Below the pieces are notes generated by a model, which did no database searches, had not been told where the DNA came from, and saw only the letters and a program-made list of their open reading frames with translations. The position numbers were made by a program, and so were the translations under genes. DNA of 36,095 nucleotides from Candidatus Azambacteria bacterium GW2011_GWA2_42_9. GTDB lineage: Bacteria; Patescibacteriota; Minisyncoccia; UBA10092. The stretch covers positions 1-36,095 of the forward strand of contig LCEQ01000003.1 of NCBI GenBank assembly GCA_000994805.1. Reading direction: 5' to 3'. Within the stretch, counting starts at the first letter, position 1. The number at the start of each line of letters is the position of its first letter. Of this stretch, positions 8,454-16,652 are shown piece by piece.

Positions 8454-9011
8454 ATGCAATCTTTAAAGTCATTTTTTACATTTTTTTGGGATCTTGTTAA
8501 AACGGCGCTTATCGCCCTTGTTTTGGCTGGGGTTATCAGGTACTTCTTGGTCCAGCCGTTTTTTGTCCAAGGAGCCTCGATGGAGCCGAATTTTGAAGAC
8601 GGAGAATATTTGCTGATTGACGAAGTAAGTTATTATTTTAAGCCGGTTGAAAGGGGCGAAGTGATTGTTTTCCGCTATCCGCTTGACACCTCCAAGTATT
8701 ACATTAAAAGAGTTATCGGTCTTTCCAACGAAACCATTGAGATAAAAAACGGCAAGATAATGGTTTATAATGATAAGAATCCGGACGGGATTTTAATTTC
8801 TGAATATTATCTTCAAAATGATTTAATCACCGAAGGAAGCATTAAAAAGAAGCTTAATAAAGACGAACTCTTTGTTTTGGGAGATAACCGCCCGGCCTCT
8901 TCCGATTCACGGCGCTGGGGCACTTTACCAAAAAGCGATATTGTCGGCCGGGTGTGGCTGCGGGCCTGGCCGCTTGACCGCGCCGATATTTTTAAAGCGC
9001 CAACTTATTAA
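8454..9011 (+). CDS. lepB: signal peptidase I
   Basis: GASMEPNF (catalytic Ser box), YIKRVIGL (Lys box) and GDNRPASSDSRRWG. Confidence 0.95.
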   Translation: MQSLKSFFTFFWDLVKTALIALVLAGVIRYFLVQPFFVQGASMEPNFEDGEYLLIDEVSYYFKPVERGEVIVFRYPLDTSKYYIKRVIGLSNETIEIKNGKIMVYNDKNPDGILISEYYLQNDLITEGSIKKKLNKDELFVLGDNRPASSDSRRWGTLPKSDIVGRVWLRAWPLDRADIFKAPTY

Positions 9012-9014
9012 AAC

Positions 9015-10346
9015 ATGTCACGAAGACCAAAATCAAAAGCCTTTCAGGCGCCAAAAGGAATGAACGATGTTCTTCCGGGTGTCCAAAAGTACTGGGGAAA
9101 ATTTTTCAAAGTCAGCAAGGAACTGGCGGTTTATTACGGTTTTGACGTTATCGAAACGCCAATTTTGGAATATGCCGACTTGTTTAAAAAAGGAATGGGT
9201 CTTAACACCGACGTTATTGAGCATGAGATGTACACTCTAAAAACCAAAGGCGGCGACTTTTTGGCCCTAAGGCCGGAACTCACGGCCGGCGCCGTAAGGG
9301 CTTATTTGGAAAACGGCTTTGCCAATCAGCCGCAGCCGATAAAATTTTTCCACTACGGCCCCGTGTTTCGCCATGAATCGCCCCAGGCCGGCCGTTATCG
9401 CGAGTTTCACCAGGCGGATTTTGACGTTTTTGGGGAAGAAGACGCAATTTTAGATGCTCAAGTTATTCAGTTGATTTATTCAATTTTAATCGAACTGGGT
9501 TTAAAAAATCTTTCAATCCAGATAAACAGCATAGGCGATAAAAATTGCTGGCCGAAATTTCGCGAAGAACTCAAGATGTATTATCGCAGCAAAGTTCCCA
9601 AACTCTGCAAGAATTGCAAGGTGAGATTTAAAGAAAATCCGCTTCGGATGCTTGACTGCAAAGAAGAAGAGTGTGCGGCCTTAAAAGCCGCGGCGCCGAA
9701 CTCCGTTGATTATTTGGATAAGGCCTGCCACGACCATTTTAAATTAGTTTTGGAATTTTTGGACGAACTCGGTCTGCCTTATAATTTAAATCCTTATTTG
9801 GTTCGGGGACTTGATTATTACACCCGTACGGTTTTTGAAATTGTTTCTGAAAATACGGCGGGCTCTCAGACCGCTTTGGCCGCCGGGGGCCGTTACGATT
9901 ATCTGGTCAGCCAGCTCGGAGGAAAATCAACGCCAGCAATGGGAGGGTCGCTCGGAATTGAGAGGGTGATAATAGAAATGCAAAGGCAGGAGGTAAAAAT
10001 CAGCCTGACAAAACCAAAAACGCGGGTTTTTTTGGTCCAACTGGGCGACCTGGCGAAGAAAAAAAGCTTAAAGATTTTTGAGGAATTCAGAAAAAATGGC
10101 ATTTATGTTTCCGAGTCATTCGGCAGGGATTCCATTAAGGCGCAGCTACGGGTTGCCGACCGCTTAGGGGCCGATTTGGCATTAATTATCGGCCAGAAGG
10201 AATCTCTTGACGGTACGGCAATTTTAAGAGAAATGCAGTCGGGAGTTCAGGAAACCATTCCTTGGAAAAAAATTATTGACGAGGTTAGAAAACGCCTTAA
10301 AAAAATTGCGCCGAGAGCTCCCCAGTTGACTAATAACAATGAATAA
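9015..10346 (+). CDS. hisS: histidine--tRNA ligase
   Basis: Class II aaRS motifs: LRPELTAGAVRAY, FHYGPVFRHESPQAGRYREFHQADFDVFG and GGRYD. C-terminal anticodon-binding domain. Confidence 0.96.
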   Translation: MSRRPKSKAFQAPKGMNDVLPGVQKYWGKFFKVSKELAVYYGFDVIETPILEYADLFKKGMGLNTDVIEHEMYTLKTKGGDFLALRPELTAGAVRAYLENGFANQPQPIKFFHYGPVFRHESPQAGRYREFHQADFDVFGEEDAILDAQVIQLIYSILIELGLKNLSIQINSIGDKNCWPKFREELKMYYRSKVPKLCKNCKVRFKENPLRMLDCKEEECAALKAAAPNSVDYLDKACHDHFKLVLEFLDELGLPYNLNPYLVRGLDYYTRTVFEIVSENTAGSQTALAAGGRYDYLVSQLGGKSTPAMGGSLGIERVIIEMQRQEVKISLTKPKTRVFLVQLGDLAKKKSLKIFEEFRKNGIYVSESFGRDSIKAQLRVADRLGADLALIIGQKESLDGTAILREMQSGVQETIPWKKIIDEVRKRLKKIAPRAPQLTNNNE

Positions 10347-10674
10347 TTGTATATTTTGTAAAATCGTCAGTCATGAAATACCGTCGGATATTGTTTTAGA
10401 AGATGAAAAATTCTTAATTTTTAAGGACATAAGGCCGAAGGCGCAGATTCATTTATTGATAATTCCCAAAAAGCACTTGGGTCCGGTTAACATACTGACG
10501 GCAGAGGATAAAGAAGTTGTCGGGGAGATGATTTTGAAAGCTCGGGGGATTGCCGAAAAAATTGGTGTTTCTCAAAGCGGCTATCGCCTGATTTTCAATG
10601 TCGGAAAAGATGCGGGGATGGAAGTTGACCATCTGCATCTTCATTTATTAGCCGGCAAATCAATGCCATTTTAG
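10339..10674 (+). CDS. HIT-family (Hint-like) nucleotide hydrolase
   Basis: CIFCKI N-terminus and histidine triad HLHLHLL. 8-nt overlap with hisS. Confidence 0.92.
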   Translation: MNNCIFCKIVSHEIPSDIVLEDEKFLIFKDIRPKAQIHLLIIPKKHLGPVNILTAEDKEVVGEMILKARGIAEKIGVSQSGYRLIFNVGKDAGMEVDHLHLHLLAGKSMPF

Positions 10675-10706
10675 AAATTAGAAATTAGAAATTAAAAATT
10701 AGAAAT
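10672..10706 (+). repeat. 5 tandem heptamers TAGAAAT (4th is TAAAAAT) directly upstream of rpsU
   Basis: The array starts with the HIT stop codon TAG and ends 9 nt before the rpsU ATG. There is no SD in this interval. Confidence 0.95.
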
Positions 10707-10715
10707 TTTCAGTAT

Positions 10716-10955
10716 ATGCCTGTTGAAGTAAAAAAAAGAGAAAGAGAAACAACCCAAAGCCTTCTGAGGCGCTTTTCAAAGCGGGTTCAGCAAAGCGGGG
10801 TTCTGATTCGGGCTCGCCGCGGCCGATTTTATGTTCCCGAACTGACAAAGCGGCAGAAAAAATTGGGCGCCTTAAGGCGGCAGAAGATGCAGAAAGAAAG
10901 AGAAAAACTTTATAAATTAGGAAAATTGCCGCCGGAGAAAAAATTCAGAAGATAA
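10716..10955 (+). CDS. rpsU: 30S ribosomal protein S21
   Basis: MPVEVKK..E....LLRRFSKRVQQSGVL...RR.RFY..P..KRQKK is the S21 pattern. Confidence 0.85.
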   Translation: MPVEVKKRERETTQSLLRRFSKRVQQSGVLIRARRGRFYVPELTKRQKKLGALRRQKMQKEREKLYKLGKLPPEKKFRR

Positions 10956-10960
10956 AAAAT

Positions 10961-11455
10961 ATGGGCTTAAAAGAAAGAATAAACGAAAAATTGAAAGATG
11001 CTCTAAAAAGTGGAGATACCGCAGTAATTAATACTCTGCGTTTTTTAAATAGCGTTATCAAAAACAAGGAGTTAGAAAAAAGGACAAAACTCTCAAAAGA
11101 AGGAAGGCCCACGGAAGAATTAGAAAAATTGTCGGAACTTTCGGATGATGAAATCACTTCCGCTATATTGGGAGAAATTAAGAAACGCAAAGAGTCCATA
11201 TCGCAATACGAAACCGGAGGCAGGAAAGATTTGGCCGAAAAGGAAGCCGCCGAACTTACAATTCTTAAAAAATACGTTCCGGAAGAAATGCCCGAAGAAG
11301 AGTTAAGATCTGTAATTAAAAAGAAAATTTTAGAGATGGGAGAAGTTACGATGAAAGATTTTGGGAAGACAATGGGTTCTGTAATGAGTGAGGTTAAGGG
11401 TCGCGCCGGCGGCGACGCGGTAAAAAGGATTATTGAGGAAGAACTTAAATTATGA
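10961..11455 (+). CDS. yqeY: GatB/YqeY domain protein
   Basis: LKERINEKLKDALKSGDTAVINTLRFL plus C-terminal MGKTMGSVMSEVKGRADG-like segment. The rpsU-yqeY adjacency is common. Confidence 0.85.
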   Translation: MGLKERINEKLKDALKSGDTAVINTLRFLNSVIKNKELEKRTKLSKEGRPTEELEKLSELSDDEITSAILGEIKKRKESISQYETGGRKDLAEKEAAELTILKKYVPEEMPEEELRSVIKKKILEMGEVTMKDFGKTMGSVMSEVKGRAGGDAVKRIIEEELKL

Positions 11456-11889
11456 AACATGAGATATTGGTTTATAACAAGACGCCGCAAAAAACACCAA
11501 AAAAATTTATTGAAAATGTAATTTTGCGAGCTCTGGACTTTATTAAACTAAAACAGCCGGTGGAATTGGCTGTTTTAGTTGTGAGTAAAGAAGAGATTAA
11601 AAGGTTGAACAAAATTTGGCGCAAAAAAAACGAAATTCCCGACGAGCTTTCTTTTGGCTTAAACAGCCGTTCGCCAGCCATCGGAGCGGGGCTTGCAAGG
11701 TTCAATAAAAACATGCTAAGCTTGGGAGAGATAGTAATAAATGCTGGCAAAATTTCTGATAGAAATTATTTACGCGCGATTTTGATTCACAGCCTGCTTC
11801 ATTTGCTGGGATACGATCATGAAAAATCGGCTGCTAAAGCCAGAAAAATGGAACAATTAGAAACTAAAATATTAAAACATGTCGCGTGA
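11452..11889 (+). CDS. ybeY: rRNA maturation endoribonuclease YbeY
   Basis: Zinc motif HSLLHLLGYDHE. 4-nt overlap with yqeY. Confidence 0.9.
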   Translation: MKHEILVYNKTPQKTPKKFIENVILRALDFIKLKQPVELAVLVVSKEEIKRLNKIWRKKNEIPDELSFGLNSRSPAIGAGLARFNKNMLSLGEIVINAGKISDRNYLRAILIHSLLHLLGYDHEKSAAKARKMEQLETKILKHVA

Positions 11890-13096
11890 AGATATAATTA
11901 TTGGTTTGGATATCGGCACCACGTCGGTTCAGACCATTGTGGCTTCAAAGAAAAAAACGCAAGAAGTGCCGCAAATTATCGGCTGGGGCGAGTCTGTTTC
12001 ACGGGGAGTCCGCCGCGGCATCGTGGTTGATATTGAAGAAGCGGCTTCGGCGATTCGCGAATCGTTTCAAAAAGCCATAAATCACGCCGGCATTAAGCAT
12101 AATGAAGCGGTTGTCGGCGTTGGAGGAAATCATATTTTTGTAAGACCATCAAAGGGGGTGGTTATTGTGTCTCGCGCCGACAGGGAAATATCAAGAGAAG
12201 ATATCCAGCGGGCTTTGCTTCAGGCCGAAGCAATTCCCGGAAACCCCAATCGCGAAATTCTGCATAATTTGGCCAGAGGGTGGGCCGTTGACGGCGAAGA
12301 AGGTATAAAAGATCCCCTGGGGATGACCGGAATCAAGCTTGAAGTTGACACTTTGATAATTGAAGGCGGCTCTCCGGCCTTAAAAAATCTTAGAAAAGCC
12401 GTTAATTTGGCCGGAATCAAAATAAAAGAATTGGTTTTGACGCCCCTGGCGGCGGCTTATGCGGTTCTCGGCCCCAGGCAAAAAGAATTGGGGACTTTGG
12501 TTTTGGACATCGGCGGCAGCACCACGGGCCTGGTTATTTTTGAAGAAGGAGATATTTTTCACGCATCGGTTGTCGGATTTGGTTCGTCTCACGTTACCCA
12601 TGATTTGGTTTATGGCCTTCAAGTCGACGTTGACACGGCTGAAAAAGTTAAAAGATTACACGGTTCGGCTTTGGCCGAAAGCACCAGTTCAAGGGATATT
12701 GTGGATTTAAAGAAACTCGGAGGGGAAAATTCAATATTAAGGCGGGAAGTGGCCGCGATTTGCGAAGCCAGATTTTCAGAAATTTTTGAAATGGTCCAAA
12801 AAGAACTGAAGAAAGTCGGTCGGGCCGCCATGCTTCCGGGCGGCGTGGTTTTAACCGGCGGCGGCTCTAAAGTGCCAAGAATTGATAAATTGGCAAAAAA
12901 AGAATTGGGGCTGCCCTGCGCCAGGGGGGTGGCTCAGAGTATTTTGGGGCCGGAAGAAATTGTTCAAGACCCGCTTTTCTCAACAGCCTTGGGTTTGATT
13001 GTCTGGGCTTTTGATGAAAATATTTTAGAAAGAGCGCCGATTGCCGATGCCTCATCGGGCTTTATGTCCTGGTTTAAAAACACCTTTATCCCTTAA
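11879..13096 (+). CDS. ftsA: cell division protein FtsA
   Basis: Actin-fold motifs IIGLDIGTTSV, LDIGGSTT and VLTGGGSKV. It lies immediately upstream of ftsZ. Confidence 0.95.
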   Translation: MSREDIIIGLDIGTTSVQTIVASKKKTQEVPQIIGWGESVSRGVRRGIVVDIEEAASAIRESFQKAINHAGIKHNEAVVGVGGNHIFVRPSKGVVIVSRADREISREDIQRALLQAEAIPGNPNREILHNLARGWAVDGEEGIKDPLGMTGIKLEVDTLIIEGGSPALKNLRKAVNLAGIKIKELVLTPLAAAYAVLGPRQKELGTLVLDIGGSTTGLVIFEEGDIFHASVVGFGSSHVTHDLVYGLQVDVDTAEKVKRLHGSALAESTSSRDIVDLKKLGGENSILRREVAAICEARFSEIFEMVQKELKKVGRAAMLPGGVVLTGGGSKVPRIDKLAKKELGLPCARGVAQSILGPEEIVQDPLFSTALGLIVWAFDENILERAPIADASSGFMSWFKNTFIP

Positions 13097-13105
13097 TTTT
13101 TAAAT

Positions 13106-13135
13106 TTGCCTTTTTATTTTAAAAAGTGATATATT
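13106..13135 (+). promoter_or_regulatory. putative ftsZ promoter (TTGCCT-18-TATATT with TG extension)
   Basis: TTGCCT at 13106-13111, and GTGA-TATATT with the -10 at 13130-13135. Confidence 0.4.
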
Positions 13136-13153
13136 ATTATCGCTATTATTTTT

Positions 13154-13174
13154 TAGAAATTAGGATTTAGAAAT
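13154..13174 (+). repeat. 3 tandem heptamers TAGAAAT-TAGGATT-TAGAAAT directly upstream of ftsZ
   Basis: Same unit as the rpsU array. It is followed by TTTTGCCATATGCCT, compared with TTTCAGTATATGCCT at rpsU. Confidence 0.9.
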
Positions 13175-13183
13175 TTTTGCCAT

Positions 13184-14317
13184 ATGCCTCATGTAAAACC
13201 TGAAATAGAAACCTTTGCCCGCATAAAAGTTGTCGGTGTTGGCGGCGGTGGCGGCAATGCCGTCACCCGGATGTTTAATTCCCAAATCAAAGGCGTTGAT
13301 TTTGTCGCGGTTAATACCGACGCTCAAGACCTTAAGCATGCCAAAGCCAATGTTAAAGTCCATATCGGGAAAAATTTGACCAAGGGGCTTGGCGCTGGCA
13401 TGAATCCGGATATTGGCCGGCAGGCGGCCGAAGAAAATCGAAACGAAATCCAGGACGCTTTAAAGGGCGCCGACTTGATTTTTATAACCTGCGGCCTTGG
13501 CGGCGGCACCGGTTCCGGCGCCTCGCAAATCATTGCCGACGTTGCCCGTGATGTCGGCGCGTTGACCCTGGCGGTGGTTACCAAGCCATTTTCTTTTGAA
13601 GGAAAAAAACGCATTGCCATCGCCGAGGAGGCGCTGGTTTCGCTGCGCGACAGGGTTGACACCTTGATTACCATTCCTAATGACAAGGTTTTAAGTTTGA
13701 TTGATAAAAACACTTCGCTTGTCGAGGCCTTCAGCATCGTTGACGACATCTTGCGTCAGGGAGTCCAGGGGATTGCCGATTTAATAACATTTCCGGGCAT
13801 TGTCAATGTTGACTTTGCCGACATTAAAACCATCATGTCTGAGGCCGGGCCGGCTTTAATGGGAATTGGCCGGGCCAATGGCGAAGACAGGGCGACGGCC
13901 GCGGCTAAATCGGCGATTAATTCTCCGCTTTTAGATATTTCTATAAATGGGGCGCGCGGGGTCTTGTTTAATGTGTCGGGCGGAGCCGATTTGAGCATGA
14001 ACGATGTTAATGAAGCTGCTAAAACAATCACCGAATCCATCGATTCCGAGGCCAAAGTAATTTTTGGCGCCACCTGCGACAATCGCCTTAAAAAAGGCGA
14101 AGTCAAAGTAACGGTCATTGCCACCGGTTTTGGCAGTGGCAGGAATAATGGCAACGGCAATCCGGTAATCATTGCCGCCGGCAATCATAGAAATTTGGAG
14201 AATTTAATGCCAAGGAAACCAGCTGTCAATGTTGAAATTATTGACGACGGGGAAGAATGGGACATGCCGGCGTTTTTGCGGCGCAAAAAAGACAAAGAAA
14301 AGGATGACAAAAAGTAA
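13184..14317 (+). CDS. ftsZ: cell division GTPase FtsZ
   Basis: GVGGGGGNAV, tubulin signature GGGTGSGA and NVDFADI. Acidic/basic C-terminal tail. Confidence 0.98.
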   Translation: MPHVKPEIETFARIKVVGVGGGGGNAVTRMFNSQIKGVDFVAVNTDAQDLKHAKANVKVHIGKNLTKGLGAGMNPDIGRQAAEENRNEIQDALKGADLIFITCGLGGGTGSGASQIIADVARDVGALTLAVVTKPFSFEGKKRIAIAEEALVSLRDRVDTLITIPNDKVLSLIDKNTSLVEAFSIVDDILRQGVQGIADLITFPGIVNVDFADIKTIMSEAGPALMGIGRANGEDRATAAAKSAINSPLLDISINGARGVLFNVSGGADLSMNDVNEAAKTITESIDSEAKVIFGATCDNRLKKGEVKVTVIATGFGSGRNNGNGNPVIIAAGNHRNLENLMPRKPAVNVEIIDDGEEWDMPAFLRRKKDKEKDDKK

Positions 14318-15677
14318 AATTTTTCTTTTAATTCTTCTGAGCATTATCGGAGGCATAGCTTTGCATTCATTCACAAAAACTCCCCCGATGGTCATCGGGG
14401 GAGTTTTTGTTTTCGGAACTCTTGTCTTAATAAAATCCTTTCTAAATAAAGAGTGCGGTGATTTTTTGCCAAAAGTCGCCTTTGGGACGATGATTCTGTT
14501 TTTATCACTCGGTCTTTTTAGAAGCGCCGAAGTTTCCAAAAGCGCCAACGCGGTCAATCGGGATTTTGCCGGGAAAAAGATTATTTTTTACGGCCAAGTC
14601 GCTTCTGAATCCGACAAGCGGCTTAATTTTTCCCAATATGTTTTAGAAAATGAGAGAATCGGCCGCGTTCTTGTTAAAACCGATTTATATCCCGAATATT
14701 TTTACGGCGACATTTTAAAAATTACAGGCACGGTTCTTGAGCCGGAATCCCAAATCGGCGACGCGGATTTTGATTACAAAAATTATCTGGCGAAAGACGA
14801 TATTTATTTCATAGTAAAGCACCCTCAAATTGAATTTATAAGACGGGGCGATAAAAATCTGCTTTTTTATCTTCTGACCGTAAAGGCGTCTTTTGTTGAG
14901 AAAATTAATAAGATTCTTCCCGAGCCCCAAGCGTCGCTTTTATCCGCGCTTCTTGTCGGCGCCAAGCGCGCTTTGCCGGAGGATTTAACTTCGGCTCTCA
15001 AGAAACCTGGCACCAGCCACATTGTGGCAATTTCCGGTTACAATATTTCTATTATCAGCGTCATGATTTTAAATTTTTTGGGATATCTGCTTCTGCCTCG
15101 GCGGTTGATTTTTTGGCTGGTTGCCGCCGTTATTTTACTTTTTACTTTGATGACCGGCGCCGAGGCCTCGGCGGTGCGGGCGGCGATCATGGGCGGGCTT
15201 TTAATGATAAGCCGGCGCGAGGGTCGATTTTATGACGTCACCAACGCCGTTGTTTTGGCCGCCGCAATAATGCTTTTTATAAATCCGCGGCTTTTGCGCT
15301 ACGATGTCGGTTTCGAGCTTTCATTTTTAGCAACCATGGGACTGATATATATCGCGCCTTATTTTCAGGAGCGGTTTTCCAAACTTCCTAATTTTTTATC
15401 TTTCCGCGACAATTTAACGGCTACGGTTTCGGCTCAAATCGCCACTTTTCCGGTTATCTTTTTTGTATTCGGCGTTTTTTCTTCGGTGGCGGTTTTGGCC
15501 AACGTTTTAATTTTACCGGCGATACCCATGACAATGCTTTTCGGGTTTTTAGGAGGTCTTGCGGGCTTTGTGTCCTTAAAACTGGGGGCGATTTTAATTT
15601 CGCCGGCTTATTTATTTCTTTCTTATCAAGCGTGGCTTATTAAAACTTTAGCGATGATTCCGTTTGCGTCCCTATGA
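14304..15677 (+). CDS. comEC: ComEC/Rec2 DNA internalisation channel (N-terminal DUF4131-like plus competence domain, no MBL domain)
   Basis: Multi-TM protein with an OB-like segment (FYGQVASESD...RVLVK) and the competence-domain motif TSHIVAISGYNISI. I prefer the ATG at 14304 (MTKSKIFLL), which overlaps the ftsZ end by 14 nt. Confidence 0.85.
   Translation: MTKSKIFLLILLSIIGGIALHSFTKTPPMVIGGVFVFGTLVLIKSFLNKECGDFLPKVAFGTMILFLSLGLFRSAEVSKSANAVNRDFAGKKIIFYGQVASESDKRLNFSQYVLENERIGRVLVKTDLYPEYFYGDILKITGTVLEPESQIGDADFDYKNYLAKDDIYFIVKHPQIEFIRRGDKNLLFYLLTVKASFVEKINKILPEPQASLLSALLVGAKRALPEDLTSALKKPGTSHIVAISGYNISIISVMILNFLGYLLLPRRLIFWLVAAVILLFTLMTGAEASAVRAAIMGGLLMISRREGRFYDVTNAVVLAAAIMLFINPRLLRYDVGFELSFLATMGLIYIAPYFQERFSKLPNFLSFRDNLTATVSAQIATFPVIFFVFGVFSSVAVLANVLILPAIPMTMLFGFLGGLAGFVSLKLGAILISPAYLFLSYQAWLIKTLAMIPFASL
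14375..14408. terminator. perfect terminator-like palindrome inside the comEC 5' coding region
   Basis: AAAAACTCCCCCGAT-GGTC-ATCGGGGGAGTTTTT has 15-nt arms, an A5 run on the left and a T5 run on the right. It lies ~58 nt after the ftsZ stop and encodes KTPPMVIGGVF. Confidence 0.6.
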
Positions 15678-16597
15678 AATATAAATTAATAAAAATTTTA
15701 CTGATATTTTTTGTCTCCGTAATTATAATTTCCGGATTTTTATTCTTAAGCAAAAATACCGACCGGTTTTTAGAGATTGATTTTTTGGATGTCGGCCAGG
15801 GAGACGCCATTCTCGTAATTACGCCGGAAAATCAAACAATGCTTATTGATGGCGGCCCTAACAATAGAGTTCTCCAAAAATTAGGCAAATACCTGCCAAT
15901 GCTTGAAAAAAGAATTGATATTGTCTTGTTGACCCATCCTCACGCCGATCATGTCGCCGGCCTTGTCGAGGTCTTAAAAAGATATAATGTCGGCGCGGTT
16001 ATTTTAAGCGGCGTCGAATTAAAAACCGAGGTTTATTCCGAATTTTTAAAAATAACTCTGGAAAAAAATGTTCCAATTATTATCGCCGAAGCCGGTCAGG
16101 CGATTCATTTTGATGAGAATCTTGAATTTGATATTTTGGCGGGAGTGGATGGCGGTGAGAAAGTTTTTAATAAAAACAGCGAAGGATTCGGAGTAAGAGG
16201 CAACGACGTCAATGATGCGTCAATTGTTGGGAAATTGATATTTTCCGCCAAAGGCGGATCCGCCTCTGGCGGAAAAGATTTTTCTGTAATATTTATGGGC
16301 GATGCCACTTCAAAAATAGAAAATCAACTCTTGGCATACGGCGAAAATTTAGAGTCGGATATTTTAAAAGCCGGTCATCACGGCTCAAAATATTCTTCTT
16401 CGCTGTTATTTTTAAAGTTTGTCTCGCCAAAGGCGGCGGTTATTGAAGTCGGCGCAAAAAATCGCTACGGTCATCCAACTGAAGCAACTTTAAGCCGGCT
16501 AAAAATGATCAATGCAAATATTTTCCGCACCGACCAAAACGGCGACATCAGAGTTTTAAGCGACGGCTTCACAACCAACATCTACAAAGAAAAATAA
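15674..16597 (+). CDS. MBL-fold metallo-hydrolase (ComEC C-terminal domain as a separate ORF)
   Basis: N-terminal TM, HPHADHVAGL metal motif, GDA and GHHGS. 4-nt overlap with comEC. Confidence 0.88.
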   Translation: MKYKLIKILLIFFVSVIIISGFLFLSKNTDRFLEIDFLDVGQGDAILVITPENQTMLIDGGPNNRVLQKLGKYLPMLEKRIDIVLLTHPHADHVAGLVEVLKRYNVGAVILSGVELKTEVYSEFLKITLEKNVPIIIAEAGQAIHFDENLEFDILAGVDGGEKVFNKNSEGFGVRGNDVNDASIVGKLIFSAKGGSASGGKDFSVIFMGDATSKIENQLLAYGENLESDILKAGHHGSKYSSSLLFLKFVSPKAAVIEVGAKNRYGHPTEATLSRLKMINANIFRTDQNGDIRVLSDGFTTNIYKEK

Positions 16598-16620
16598 AAT
16601 CACCCTTATTTCAGGTGATT
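16598..16620. terminator. hairpin between convergent genes (better for the minus-strand gene)
   Basis: AATCACC-CTTATTTCA-GGTGATT. On the minus strand it is followed by TTTTATTTTC. Confidence 0.5.
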
Positions 16621-16652
16621 GTTCAGAGTTTTAACTATTTATTCCGCCTTTC

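Noticed and set aside
10945-11490. 181-aa minus-strand ORF antisense to yqeY
   Set aside because: It is low-complexity and Ser/Phe/Ile-rich, with no motif. It fully shadows a well-supported plus-strand gene (GatB/YqeY pattern).
12311-12325. Palindrome GATCCCCTGGGGATG in ftsA resembling the terminator stems
   Set aside because: It has a one-nt loop, so no hairpin can form. It encodes the conserved FtsA segment KDPLGMTG, so it is protein-level conservation rather than an inserted element.
13324-14184. Two ~141-aa minus-strand ORFs antisense to ftsZ
   Set aside because: FtsZ on the plus strand is unambiguous (GGGTGSGA). The antisense frames are the usual open shadows of a GC-richer Gly/Ala-rich gene.
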